In this document: piece by piece, positions 51,828 to 63,835 of the stretch | How positions within the stretch are numbered: the stretch's first letter is position 1 | Layout of the letters: each line of letters starts with the position of its first letter | NCBI RefSeq assembly: GCF_964204645.1 | Contig: NC_134029.1 | Span: forward strand, 13,542,850 to 13,606,849 | DNA length: 64,000 nt | Source of the DNA: Tubulanus polymorphus | Lineage: Eukaryota; Animalia; Nemertea | Direction: 5' to 3' | Notes under the pieces: model-generated | The model's input: the letters and a program-made list of their open reading frames with translations, nothing else | What the model was told of the DNA's origin: nothing | Databases searched by the model: none | Position numbers and translations under genes: made by a program

Positions 51828-52097
51828 GAGTAATAGGGGTAATGGGCTTTCAAGCCAAAGGTCGAAAGGTCGAGTGAGTAAAAATGAAAAATACGAAAAT
51901 AATAACAATTTCAATTTGAATTAGTAGCGAAACTCATAAAAAATGAAAAATAATTCTCGCACGCTCGAATCTATTTTTCATTTTATATGAGTTTCACTCC
52001 TAATTCAAATAGAAATTGTTATTATTTTCGTATTTTTCATTTTTACTCACTCGCCCTTTCAACCTTAAACCTGAAAGCCCATTACCCCTATTACTCT
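51828..52097. repeat. ~270-bp imperfect palindrome at the apparent element end
   Basis: GAGTAATAGGGGTAATGGGCTTTCA ... TGAAAGCCCATTACCCCTATTACTC; ~125-bp arms with scattered mismatches; loop CTCGCACGCTCG. Confidence 0.92.
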
Positions 52098-52374
52098 TAA
52101 AATATTCATATATATAAACATAATTTACATGAATAACATATAAAAGTAATTAGGAAATGGCGTTTTCAGATCAGAGGTCGGAGGTCGAGCTCGTATAGAT
52201 AGATAAATAGATATATTTTAAACATATTTCAATATTTATATTTGTATGAGTTAGATTTTTAAACATTAAAAGTGTGAGTGAAGTGTGAGTGAAATAGTTC
52301 ATATACATACACATGAATAACATATAAATGAATAACTTCTAATATCAATTTAGTAAAAAAAATATGTACAATAA

Positions 52375-53589
52375 ATGGAATCAGAACAACCACAAACTAT
52401 CAATATTACAAATAACACTGGTGTTATAAATATATACTACAAGAAGTATTCTAAATGTGAATTAGATAAATTAGCTATAACAGAATTTAGTAAGCGTAAG
52501 ATTAGCAAAGATGGTTTTCAATATTGCTGTAAAACTTGTTTTAAACTATATACTAAACAATATCGAGAAGATAATAGAGAACATTATAATGATTATATGA
52601 CAGAAATATATAAAACAGATCTTAATTTTACATTGAAACAATGTTTAAGATCTAGATTAACACAATTATTCAACAAAGAAACACATTCAGAAACACTATC
52701 TAATTTATTGGGTTGTTCAGATGAATTTCTCAAATCATGGATAATATATCTATGTCAAACTGCCTATATGTAATTGTATTAGCTCTTTGCATCTGTCGCA
52801 GGTTATATTCAGTTGAATAGGGTGTACCTCATTTGAATATTGATCGAATGTGCTATTTCAGTAGAAAAGGATTAATCATAAAAGAACAAAGGAACATCTG
52901 TTGCTTAGAGAGACAGTGCCCGGGTATATTGAGCGCAGTCGCATTACAAAATCCGAACTGAACAGACGGAATATATAGAACGTATAAGATTTTTCTCTAG
53001 AAACACAATTAGGAGTTTATAGTTATAAAGGTAAGTACTGTTTTTGTTGTTATTAAGACGCCGGGAAACGTTAAACAAGTTTAAGTGTATTAATCTATAT
53101 TTGAAAACTACAACTTCAAGTTAGTTTTATTCTACGCTAGATATTTATCTTTTAGGTAACAAAATGCTAAGCGTAACAAGAATACCATTGCTATTTAAAC
53201 CAAGAAAGTGAAGATAGGAGGATGTGGAATCAGAAATTATGGATATTTCAACTCATGAAACTGTAGCAGTTTAGCCGTATTGTATAGGCTTTCAATGCAT
53301 TACGTTTACCGGAATTTCAATTGCGTCATTCAGCTATTGTTAATGTCACACACAGTGACATGTTCTATTATACTTTATTGATTCCTGCATTCACGCATAC
53401 CTTACCGGGCCTCTGAGAATCGGCTTGGAATGTGGAAATCGATAATGATCGTAGAATAAAATATATGTGTGTTTATGAAATAGTGATTCCACCAGTCGTT
53501 TCTTTGAATTTATTTTCAGTTTGAGGATTTATTATCGAGAATCCGAAATGACTTATCTGGACAGTTATAATTACTGCTCCTATAGATAA
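52375..53589 (+). pseudogene. CxxC Zn-ribbon / HNH-endonuclease-like protein interrupted by an insertion (~52750-53537)
   Basis: EFSKRKISKDGFQYCCKTC..LRSRL..LLGCSDEFLKSWI; tail ESEMTY resumes at ~53539. Confidence 0.55.
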
Positions 53590-53848
53590 ACAATAGTAGT
53601 GAGATAATCTAAATCCTAATTTAAATAAAAAATATCAAAAAAACAATAACTTCAACAAGCTAGTCAATTCTATTATATTTTTAATATTTTCTTTTGCAAT
53701 TCTTTTCAAAAGAGAATAGTTTATATTTTGAATAGATTCAAATAAAAAAACAATAACTTTAACTAACCTAGTCAATTTAGTATCAATAACTTAACTAGCT
53801 AGTATTAAAATATTATAATATTTTTCTTATTAAATTTCTCTAATATAA

Positions 53849-54457
53849 ATGTCAAAGAAATCGAGTAAGAATAATGCCGGTATTGAAAAAACATTAGATG
53901 ATTTAGGTATTAGTGATAATAAGGATATTCCAACCAAAATTGAAAATAATATTCAAGGTAGTAACAATATTGATTATGAATACTACTTATATTGTAAACA
54001 CCATCTTGAATTACTAATTGCTGGCGGGAAATCTAAAGAGTTTTTAACTAAGACTAGTACTTTTCAAGAACTGGATGCTATGAAACCAGATAAAGTAATA
54101 AAATATTTTAAGATTAATGAAGAAGCTAGATTAGCCCAAATAAATGATTCTATTTCAGATGGTATTGTCAAATGTTATTCTAAGTTATGTAACCGGTTAA
54201 TACCAATTGATGATGAAAATAAATTATATAGTGATTTGAAAAATGACTATTTAGTTATGACTGAATTACAAAAATGGGTTGGTTATGCTTCATTTCAATT
54301 AGGATCGGTTATGACATTAATTTCTACTGGTGTCATAACATTTTCGAACATCAAGCCTATGGAATATAAATCAGGTAAGAACGAAACAGATGTACTACAA
54401 CCAAACGGCGAAACAGAAAATGAATCAGAACAAAAATTAACTAAAATAAATGAGTGA
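53849..54457 (+). CDS. Conserved hypothetical viral protein (202 aa)
   Basis: Intact ORF, TAAATG start, paralog in copy B. Confidence 0.8.
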   Translation: MSKKSSKNNAGIEKTLDDLGISDNKDIPTKIENNIQGSNNIDYEYYLYCKHHLELLIAGGKSKEFLTKTSTFQELDAMKPDKVIKYFKINEEARLAQINDSISDGIVKCYSKLCNRLIPIDDENKLYSDLKNDYLVMTELQKWVGYASFQLGSVMTLISTGVITFSNIKPMEYKSGKNETDVLQPNGETENESEQKLTKINE

Positions 54458-54818
54458 TGATGCCAAGAAGAAGCCTAGATCCGAGAAACAAATTAAAAGG
54501 GCAAGGGAATTAGGTAAAAGATCTGCAGAATTAAAAAAAGCTAAGAAAAAGAAATTAACTGATATAAATGAGTCACAGAAATTATCTGATATTGATTCAA
54601 ATAACAATCCATCTTATTCTTCTAATAGTGGAAGAAATAATTACTTATATATTACAATTGGGTTAATCACAATTATTATATTATCCGGTGTAATATATAA
54701 ATCAAAATTCAAATCTGATGATAAAGATGATTCCAATGATGATAAACCTATTATACCAGAAAATAAGTCAAATCATAAAGCCATTGAAACTAAATCTAAA
54801 TTATTATTAATGAATTAA
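54450..54818 (+). CDS. Basic single-TM hypothetical protein
   Basis: Intact ORF with Lys/Arg-rich N-terminus and hydrophobic YLYITIGLITIIILSGVIY. Confidence 0.75.
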   Translation: MSDDAKKKPRSEKQIKRARELGKRSAELKKAKKKKLTDINESQKLSDIDSNNNPSYSSNSGRNNYLYITIGLITIIILSGVIYKSKFKSDDKDDSNDDKPIIPENKSNHKAIETKSKLLLMN

Positions 54819-54824
54819 AATAAG

Positions 54825-55915
54825 ATGAAAAAAGAACAATATTTAAGAGAGTTATATTATAACCCAGAAAGTGAAGTATCATATTCTAGCGTTTCAGAAT
54901 TATGGGATAAAATTAAATCTGATAAAGAAAATGGTAATATAAAATATAGTGAATTAAAATCATGGTTACAAAATCAACCAACATATCAAATCCACAAGAA
55001 AATGGATAAAACTTATTTAACAAAAAGGTTATGGTTTCATATATTGATCAACAATGGCAAGCAGATTTAATTGACGTGAAGAACTTAGAAGAATACAACA
55101 AAGGATATTTCTGGATATTAAATGTTATAGATATATTCAGTAGATACGCATGGTCAATTCCAATCAAAAATAAAACTGGTATAGAAGTGACAAATGCTTT
55201 TAAATCAATATTTAAAGAAGCTATTCCAGATAAGATACAATTTGATGAAGGTAAAGAATTCTATAATAAACATTTTTAAAAACTATTATCTGATAACGAT
55301 GTAGATTATTTTTCAACACATTCAGATAAAAAAGCATCTATTATAGAAAGATTTAATAAAACATTGAAAACTAGAATGTGGAAATATTTTACTGCTAATG
55401 AAACATATAACTATATCGATGTGTTAGATGATTTGGTGAAAGGTTATAATAATTCTAAACATAGTTCTATAAATATGAAACCTATACAAGCTAGAAAAGA
55501 AGATAATTCAGAAATAGTTTGGAATAATTTATATGGCGCGTTTGTTACACATGATTTCGGTGAACCTAAATTTAAAATTGGACAACACGTAAGAATATCT
55601 AAATATAGAAAAACATTTTATAAAGGTTATACCCCTAATTTTACTGAAGAAATATTCAAGATTAAAAAGATAATATTAACTAAACCTTTTGTTTATAAAT
55701 TAGAAGATATAAAAGATGAAGAAATATTAGGTTATTTCTATGAACAAGAATTATCACTTGTACCAAATCCAGATGAAATAGAATACAAAATAGAAAAAGT
55801 ATTGAAAACAAAAACTCTCAAAGGAAAAAAGTGTTCTTTGGTGAAATATAAAGGATACGATGATAAATTTAATGAATGGATTTTATCTAGTAAATTTAAA
55901 AGAATAAATGAATAA
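54825..55915 (+). pseudogene. Polinton retroviral-like integrase (rve) with C-terminal chromodomain, two frameshifts
   Basis: QWQADLID, VIDIFSRYAW, IQFDEGKEF, KASIIERFNKTLK, YNNSKHSSINMKP, KGYTPNFTEEIF, VKYKGYDDKFNEW. Confidence 0.94.
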
Positions 55916-56519
55916 AGATTTATTTATATTTGAACCGCATAATATGTTAATAACTGGGGTAACAAACTGTGGTAAAACACATTTCATATTAGATTTGTTA
56001 GAAACTATTCATAAGAATCATTTTGATAATATAATATCATTCTGTCCTACTTATGAAATGAATAAAACATATAATAGAGATATAGTTAAGATAAAAAAGT
56101 TTATTATATTAGATCCTAAAACAGTAAAAGAAAATTTAGATAATTGTATTAAAATAGCAATTGATATTTATAAAGGATCAAATACATTATTCATTATAGA
56201 TGATTACGCTAATTTACATGATTCAAAAGTGAGAGAAAGTGAGTTATGTTATCTAGCTTTCTCTGGGAGACATTTCGGGATAACAACATGGGTTTTAAAT
56301 CAAAAATATAATTAAATTGTTAAAGACTTTAGGGAGAATATAAGATTTCTGGTTTTATTCTACAATAAAGATAGAAAATCTATGCAACAATCATTGGAAG
56401 AAAATCAAATTATACCTACTGAATTACATGATGAATATATGAATAAATTAAAGAATAATAAAGGTTCAAAATTATTACTGAGGCTTCAATTTCCCTATGA
56501 ATATAAATTTATAAAATAA
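55908..56519 (+). pseudogene. Packaging ATPase (A32-like), premature stop at 56313
   Basis: GVTNCGKT, FIIDD, SGRHFGIT; the frame continues after TAA (IVKDFRENI). Confidence 0.92.
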
Positions 56520-56547
56520 CTATTCATATACCTATGTATTAGATATC

Positions 56548-57252
56548 TTAATCACTTTCATTATAAGACTCTATTTCGTCGTCAAACTCGAACAATTGTT
56601 GGTAATTATGTTTATCTGTAACTATATTTTCATTATCATCTTTCTCTTTCTTGGTGTATAACCTTAATATTACATTTACATCGATTGGTGCTAATATTTT
56701 TTTAGCACCAGATAAATCTAATTCATCTTTACTGAGTTCAGGCTCCTCTGATAAAAATTCCATAAATGAATCTTTATATAATGTTTTACCATCTACGTTT
56801 TTATTTGAAACAAACTTTGTAACATATTTAAATGGATGTTCTATAAATTCTTTTAAACCGACATGTTTTATAACACTAGTAATATGTGAAGCTCTATTCA
56901 TATGATTATTCCAATTTGATGGGGCGTTTGAAAATTCACCATTACAATAACCACAATAATTTTTGTTATCCTTATATTTTAATATTATTTCATTTTTGGG
57001 TGTAGAAGGCATAACATTATTTGATGTAGAAGGTAAAACATTATTACTATCTTCTATTTTAGTTTCAATATTATCTTCTATTTTATATTCAATATCATTC
57101 TTATCTTCTATTTTAGGTTCAATATTATTTTCTTTTTTTGTTTCGATATTCTTATCTATTTTACTTATTCTATATTTAAATTGATTAAAGTATTCTCCAA
57201 AATACTTACTGTATTCATCATAAGGTAATATATAATATATATCTGGTATCAT
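56548..57252 (-). CDS. Hypothetical viral protein with CxxC..H Zn-finger (5' end deleted)
   Basis: YCGYCNGEF..WNNHMNRASH; homolog of 19335-20138. Confidence 0.65.
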   Translation of the reverse strand: MIPDIYYILPYDEYSKYFGEYFNQFKYRISKIDKNIETKKENNIEPKIEDKNDIEYKIEDNIETKIEDSNNVLPSTSNNVMPSTPKNEIILKYKDNKNYCGYCNGEFSNAPSNWNNHMNRASHITSVIKHVGLKEFIEHPFKYVTKFVSNKNVDGKTLYKDSFMEFLSEEPELSKDELDLSGAKKILAPIDVNVILRLYTKKEKDDNENIVTDKHNYQQLFEFDDEIESYNESD

Positions 57253-57253
57253 T

Positions 57254-58286
57254 TTAATCAATTTGATTAATATTACAATTTTCAAATGATTTTACGTTTT
57301 CATTCATAAAATGTTTTCTAATTGATGGCCATTGATCTATCATTCTCATTCCTTGACGAAATATTTTATTTGCTATTCCTTCGATAGTTATATCTACTTT
57401 TGATATTTCAGGATTATAATAATTATCAACTTTTATTGCACCATTAGTATATGTTGCAATGGTAAAAAATGTTAATATACCTTTAATAGATCTTCTTGGG
57501 GAGTTAATATTCTCATTAATTATTTCACCATTTGCATTAATAGTTACAGTTTTAAATTGTTCAATATAATCATATAATAATGAAAATCCTTGGTTGTATT
57601 GAGTTTGAATTATGCTAGCATTATTTTCATCAGTTACTGTATCATATTCCAAACATATATTCGATATTTCATAACCCATATCTTTATTAACGCTAGACAA
57701 TACAATTTCATTAACAGGAGCAAATGTTATTTCGAATATAATATCTTCTTGAATTGCATATTTATACAAAGGCGCATTATTATTTATCAATTCAAAATCT
57801 AATGGAATTTTATATTTGCTTCCATAAATCTTTTTTATCAAATTATCTACAGCATTAGTTACTACTGCATTATTGGCTTCAGATCTTAATCTATTTTGGT
57901 TTTCTGATTGGATGCCTTGAAATATCATATTATTTCTATTTTCTTTTGTTAACCATAAATCTTTATAATACATAAATAAATTATAATTATCTAATGAGAA
58001 AACTGTTTCTGGTCCAATCTTTACAGCTAATTGTTTAATCAAATATCTTCCAACATTATCAACAACATAATTGTTATCATGACCAGTTACTTTTATATCA
58101 GCTGATAAATAAATACTATTTGGGACATAAAAAGTATTTTGTGGGAGTATTTCGAGGGATTCTAACATATAAAGTTTCATCAGGATTAATATTAGAAGGA
58201 TTATGAGTAATTATATGATGAGATCTTTCTGCTTTAATAGCATTAGATATTCTAGAATTCTTAGGACTTATATAACTCCCACTCAT
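57254..58286 (-). pseudogene. Major capsid protein lacking the C-terminal ~70 codons
   Basis: Highly similar to 18056-19302 up to NINQID. Confidence 0.78.
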
Positions 58287-58304
58287 TTATTTAACAAAAA
58301 AATT

Positions 58305-60035
58305 AATCATTTATTTTTTATCATATTCACTAACCCAAAAATAATTGCACTTACAACTGTAATTAAAAATAAAATAATATGTTCATCAGCAAAGTTAATA
58401 ATGTTTCCAGCAGATTTCAATATAAAACCAACAATTGATGCAATAACTCCGGGTTATGCTGCAGCAGATTTTTTAGATAGTTCCCATAAATATTTTGCTA
58501 ATTTTTTTAAACCATCCTTAACTTTATCTTGTATAGAATTATTATCATTTGGGGGTTTATCCGGTTTATTGGGAGTAGGAGTAGATTTCAATGAATTTGA
58601 TATTGCTAAACCAATTGTTGTAAATACCATAGTTACAGCTGTTAGAATTGAAAGAATTGTTATTCCTTCTAGTTTAAATAATAATCTTATTCTGTCTTTC
58701 AATGATATTTTAGTATCTGGTTTTATTATTAAATCTTTAAAAATAACTTTTAATTTTTTAATATGATTAAGATCATATGATTTTAATAATATATCTCTTT
58801 TTCCTGAAATTCTTTGTTGTATTTTAAATCATCTATTTCTTTTTCTAAAGCTAACTTTCTGCTTTCATAATCAGCTTCATCAATTACTTGAAGATCTCTA
58901 ATTAATTCTAATTGTTTTAATTCTTCATTTGCATTAGTTTATTCTTTTTCTAACATGGTTATTTTAGAAAATCTCATTTTAATATTAGCAATTTCACCAG
59001 CTGATTCTTGCATACCTTTAATTTCTCTACGTGCTTGTTCAGGAAATGCTTCTAATTCATCATCAGTTAAATCAAGTAATCCTTTTTCTTGTAAAGATTG
59101 TATTCGATTTATTCCAGTTTCAGCACCGGGTGTATCTAAAACACTAATCATATCTTCTTCAAATGAATTCTTTGTATCCAGTAAGTTATCTAAATGTTTT
59201 CCTAATTGTAATTGACTTGAATCATTATCAATTTGTTGAATATCTCTTCTCGATGTTTCTGGTGTTGAAGATCTTAATTTATCTAATCGATCTCCATACT
59301 CTTCCATTTCTGGATCAACATCAGTAGAATTTGGATTTGGATTTTTAAATGGTGAATATTTGTTAATATCAATATTAGGAATTGGTTCTTCTTCATTAAT
59401 TCTGTCGAGTGCATACCATATAATTCTGAGAAATTCTCTACCGCCTTTTGAACCTTCAATTGTAGATCTTGCTCGCATTTCAGGATGGTACAGATCTTCT
59501 TGTCCCATTTTAGATAATTGAATTGATACAGTTTCGTTATTTAATTCAATTTTATAAAACCATGAATCATTTTTAAATTCTAAATTATTCATGAAAAATG
59601 GAACATCTTTTCTAATTTGTTCTGAAATATCTTCTGGTTCAATGTTATACGTTACATTTTTTGGTAATAATTCTTCAATAACTGTATTTGTTACACTATG
59701 TTTTATCTATAATAATTCTTTTTTCAATACAGGGTTTTCTGTTCTTTCTTATCTATTAATTAAATCTTTTCTTTCTGGTCTAGTTTTAATTATTATCTCA
59801 TCGCGGGTTCTTAAATAATCTATTAATTTTCCACTTGTTACAGTATCATCTTTAAATTCATCATAATCATATAATATAGGCACACTAGAATCATCTTCAC
59901 CTAAATTAGTATTATATGCTGATTCATCATCATTATCGATATTGGTTTCATTAAAATCAGGTTGTGGTTCATCACTTATACCGGGCTGTCACCAAAAGTA
60001 TCCATTGGAATATCTTCTACACCTTCTACATCCAT
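58305..60035 (-). pseudogene. Long coiled-coil protein with C-terminal hydrophobic helices
   Basis: Fragments 58939-59592 and 58454-58702; C-terminus conserved with the other copies. Confidence 0.7.
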
Positions 60036-60051
60036 TTACATAATAAAAAAA

Positions 60052-61356
60052 TTAAAATTTAAAATATAATATTCCTACGATTACAATTCCTATACAAGTT
60101 AAAGCTAATTTAGCATTTTCATGGGATTTATTATCATCATTTAGTTTAATTATTTCATGTTGACTATTATCAGTTTTAATATTTTCTGATGTATTGTAAT
60201 CTTTTATTTTAGAATCATTATCCAATTTAATATTCTTAAGTTTTAGTTTCTGTTGATTGAATATGTTTTTTATTTTTTTCACCTTCCATTAATTTTGGAG
60301 CAGTAATTATCTTTTTATTTATATCATTTAATCCAAATGAATTATTTATTGTTGCAGTTTTAATTAGATTATTATAACCAATTATATCTCCCATCTTTAA
60401 TACTAAATCATTAGAAATAATTAATAGATTAGGACCTATACAATAATTTAATCTTATATGTGATTTATCTAAGTAATTTTGGTATCTTACAATGTTTTCT
60501 GGAATCGATCTATTTTTATCATTATGAATGGAATCTTCAAATAATTCTTTGAATTGTTTCTGCGCATCAAATGAAGTACTATCATTTCCAACTATTGGTG
60601 ATCTTGTTTCAACTTGCGCACCTAAAATACATATCAAATAAGTTCTAATTGATTGACTTATTCTTTGTATGCCCGATTTTGTAAAACCTTCACTATTTTC
60701 TTAAAATAAAATTAATCCAACCATTATTATTATCAATTTTATAATTATGATAAGCTCCAATTCTATGCATATAATCAAATCTTTTTATTTCATACTGTTC
60801 ACCAATACCTTGCAATTTACCATGCGCTCTAAAATCGGAATTAATATTTATATTAAATTCATTACATATTTTATAAAACTTAAGATAGATTAATATTATT
60901 ATCCAATTCCTTAAAATATTTAGATCCGGGCAAAGGACATTCTAATTCATTTAATATTATTCTGATTTGAAAATATGTGTGAAATCTAAATATTGTGTGA
61001 ATTAATTTTAAATCAGAATAATTCAAATTTTTATCTAAGTTATTTAAATGATCATTCCAACTTATACCACAGCCAGTTGTTGCACAATAAACAGCAAAAT
61101 TTAATTGATTCTGCCAATATTTCATATTAGATTTTACTTTATATATATGATATTCATCTCGAGTAAAAGTAACTTCATATGTATTAAATATATTTTCAAT
61201 TTTAGAAATAAAAAACTGTGATTCAGTAATATAAATTTCTAAATTAGTTAATGAATTTAAAACTAAATTTTTATATGTAATATTTTTGTTAAAATCTATT
61301 GCAGGAATATTATATTTAATTGATTTATTATATTGGAAAGCTTTTGGAAACCCCAT
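60052..61356 (-). pseudogene. Conserved hypothetical viral protein with C-terminal TM
   Basis: YWQNQLNFAVYCATTGCGISW..FRFHTYFQ..CILGAQVETRS..FDAQKQF. Confidence 0.75.
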
Positions 61357-61375
61357 TTATATAATAAAAAAATTA

Positions 61376-61779
61376 ATTACTTATTAATTCTTTTAATAAT
61401 TTATCTTGTTCTTCAACTGTAATATTACCATTTAAACTTATTATATAATCTAGTGTATTCTTCAATTTATTAATTTCTTTTATATTAGTTTTAATTTTTT
61501 CTTTATTACTTGTATATTTAATTTTGAACTTATACCGGTTAATACACTTGATGATAATCCTAACACGCCAATTGATATAGCTAAAGGTGTTAATGGACTG
61601 AATATTGCTAGAAATGTTATTACAGAACTAATTGTTAAGAAGTTTACTTTTTAAATACTTTTCTTTTTTATCTTTAAGTCACTTTCAATTTCTAATATTT
61701 GTTTTTCTAAATATGTTTTTAATTTAGTTTTATTTATATCATGAGAAATAATATTAACACCATCAACTTTATCATCCAT
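61376..61779 (-). pseudogene. Coiled-coil/TM hypothetical protein
   Basis: Homolog of 13586-14006. Confidence 0.6.
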
Positions 61780-61797
61780 TTATTTAGCAAAAAATTA

Positions 61798-62217
61798 CTA
61801 ATTAGTAAATTTATAAGCAACAAATATAACAATAACTGTTCCCCCTAAAATCCAAATTATTTCATATTTCTTCTGTTCATTACTTGGGGTATAATAATCT
61901 GATATTGTAGGTTTATGTAGATGTAATTTTTCTTTATTGGTTACTGCGTTATATAAACTCATTGCATCATCAACTGATTGAAAATCTCTATGTGAAATCT
62001 GATTATATAATTCCTTGTTAATATAATCCATATAGTTTTGTCTTTTTTCTCTGTATTCTTCTGCAGCTTTATTATATTTTTCTAATGCTAAGTTATGTCT
62101 TTTTTGTTCTGTTAATGAACCATTTTCATCAATATGTTTAAATAAATAACCACCACCAGTAAATGCTAAAGCGTTAACAATTGCTGATCCTAAAATAGTT
62201 ATAATTGCAGAAGCCAT
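61798..62217 (-). CDS. Membrane protein with N- and C-terminal hydrophobic segments
   Basis: Intact 139-aa ORF: AIVNALAFTGGGYLF, EQKRHNLALEK. Confidence 0.78.
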   Translation of the reverse strand: MASAIITILGSAIVNALAFTGGGYLFKHIDENGSLTEQKRHNLALEKYNKAAEEYREKRQNYMDYINKELYNQISHRDFQSVDDAMSLYNAVTNKEKLHLHKPTISDYYTPSNEQKKYEIIWILGGTVIVIFVAYKFTN

Positions 62218-62236
62218 TTATTTAGCAAAGAAAAAT

Positions 62237-62473
62237 TATGCATGTATATGGGAGGAATATATTTTTGCTTTTCCAAATAATCAATAGTTAAATTAGAAGA
62301 CTCTTTAAAGTAACTGCTAACGTTAATTTTAAAATATCATTTATATCAAATCTATCAACATTAACACTTCCCATCTTAAATACTTTTTTTAATTCCATTG
62401 TATAACCAACAGTTCCAACTGATAAAAATGCTCCATTATATAAACCAGTTATTATCCACTTATTATCACTCAT
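62237..62473 (-). pseudogene. Small hydrophobic viral protein
   Basis: GLYNGAFLSVGTVGYTM..DRFDINDILKL; homolog in copy B. Confidence 0.6.
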
Positions 62474-62817
62474 TTATTTATAAAAAAATTACTATCTTCA
62501 AAATATTTAGTTATCTTATTTATGATTATTTCAACATTTATAGTATTATTAGGTTCATTTTCATATATTTCAGTTATCATTCTTTTAATATCATCAATTA
62601 TAAAATCTTCATCTAATTCATAAAATCTTAAAGACTCGGTAATCTTTTCTACATTAAAAGTTTCTTTATCTATTGTTTTTTCATACTCAAATGTTGTTTC
62701 ATTAGAAAATGCAATATTTTCAATATGTGTTATTACATCATTTATGTTCAATTTCATTTCTTTCTCATGTTTAAAATCAAATCCAAAACATATACTCGAT
62801 CCAACAGTTATATTCAT
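62470..62817 (-). CDS. Acidic hypothetical viral protein (115 aa)
   Basis: Intact ORF; homolog at 14676-15050. Confidence 0.7.
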   Translation of the reverse strand: MNITVGSSICFGFDFKHEKEMKLNINDVITHIENIAFSNETTFEYEKTIDKETFNVEKITESLRFYELDEDFIIDDIKRMITEIYENEPNNTINVEIIINKITKYFEDSNFFINK

Positions 62818-62834
62818 TTATATAGTGAAAAAAT

Positions 62835-63414
62835 TACTCTTTACATCTTATAATTAATTCATAAATTATAGGAAAGTTACTTAAATCAATTAAATAACCA
62901 TCATGATTTCTTATTTCTAATTTAGAAGTGTGAAAAAAGGCATTATATTTGAATTACCATCTACGTTTCCTGTAACAATATCTGGTGCAATTCCTAGCAA
63001 TTTAGCTAATGGTTTTCTCACCATAAATGAAGGTTTACTTTCATCATGTAACTTTATTTTAATTTTATTTGTGCTATCACTTTTTATAAATCTAATTAAA
63101 AATTTATCTTTACTTCTAATTTTCAACCGTGCTCTTCTATTAATTTCTTGAGCTAGTGTTTCTAAATTATATAATCCTGGTTTTAAAATGAGATGAAACC
63201 ATTTATTTATATTTCTAAAATGAATTAAAAAAATATTATGATCAATAGTTTTACTCGATACATCATAAAAAGAATTACATAAACTTACATTTACTAATTT
63301 TAAATCAACACAATTCTTAAATTCTCTATCTAATTCTACTAGTTAATTATGAGATTTATAATTTGTAAGTTTTCTAGAATCAACATGTATTCTATATTCT
63401 TTTAATTCTACCAT
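62835..63414 (-). pseudogene. Minor capsid (penton-like) protein with internal deletion
   Basis: Homolog of 15076-15835 lacking the YIYCNLI segment. Confidence 0.65.
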
Positions 63415-63442
63415 TTATTTTACATATTTTCTTATTCGAAAT

Positions 63443-63787
63443 CTATTTCATGGTGGCCTTTTCCATTCTTACCTTTGTAATTACGAAATAGAAATCGCCT
63501 GAACATAATTCTTCTAAATCTTCACTTGATAATCTATGAAATCTATCAGGTAAATATGTTCTGAATTTATATGTATTTCCGTTTAATCCTTCATATTCTA
63601 AGTGTATAACTAATTTATCTCCATATTTGTTAGTAACTGTAACAACATCTGTAATTAGATGTTTCTTATGGATTGTTAATTCTTTTAACTTCTTAAACTT
63701 ATAATCTACTGATTTGACATTTGAAGTATTTTCTATTCTATCTAGAAATAATTTGTTGTACTCACTGTTTGCTTGTTTACTCTCCAT
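63443..63787 (-). CDS. Small conserved Polinton protein (KYG..LP motif; possibly SSB-like)
   Basis: FKKLKEL..NKYGDKLVIHL..TYLPDRF; divergent homolog of 5376-5705. Confidence 0.6.
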   Translation of the reverse strand: MESKQANSEYNKLFLDRIENTSNVKSVDYKFKKLKELTIHKKHLITDVVTVTNKYGDKLVIHLEYEGLNGNTYKFRTYLPDRFHRLSSEDLEELCSGDFYFVITKVRMEKATMK

Positions 63788-63835
63788 TTATAATACATAT
63801 TTGTATTAAAATTGATTAACACGTTAGAATCCTTT

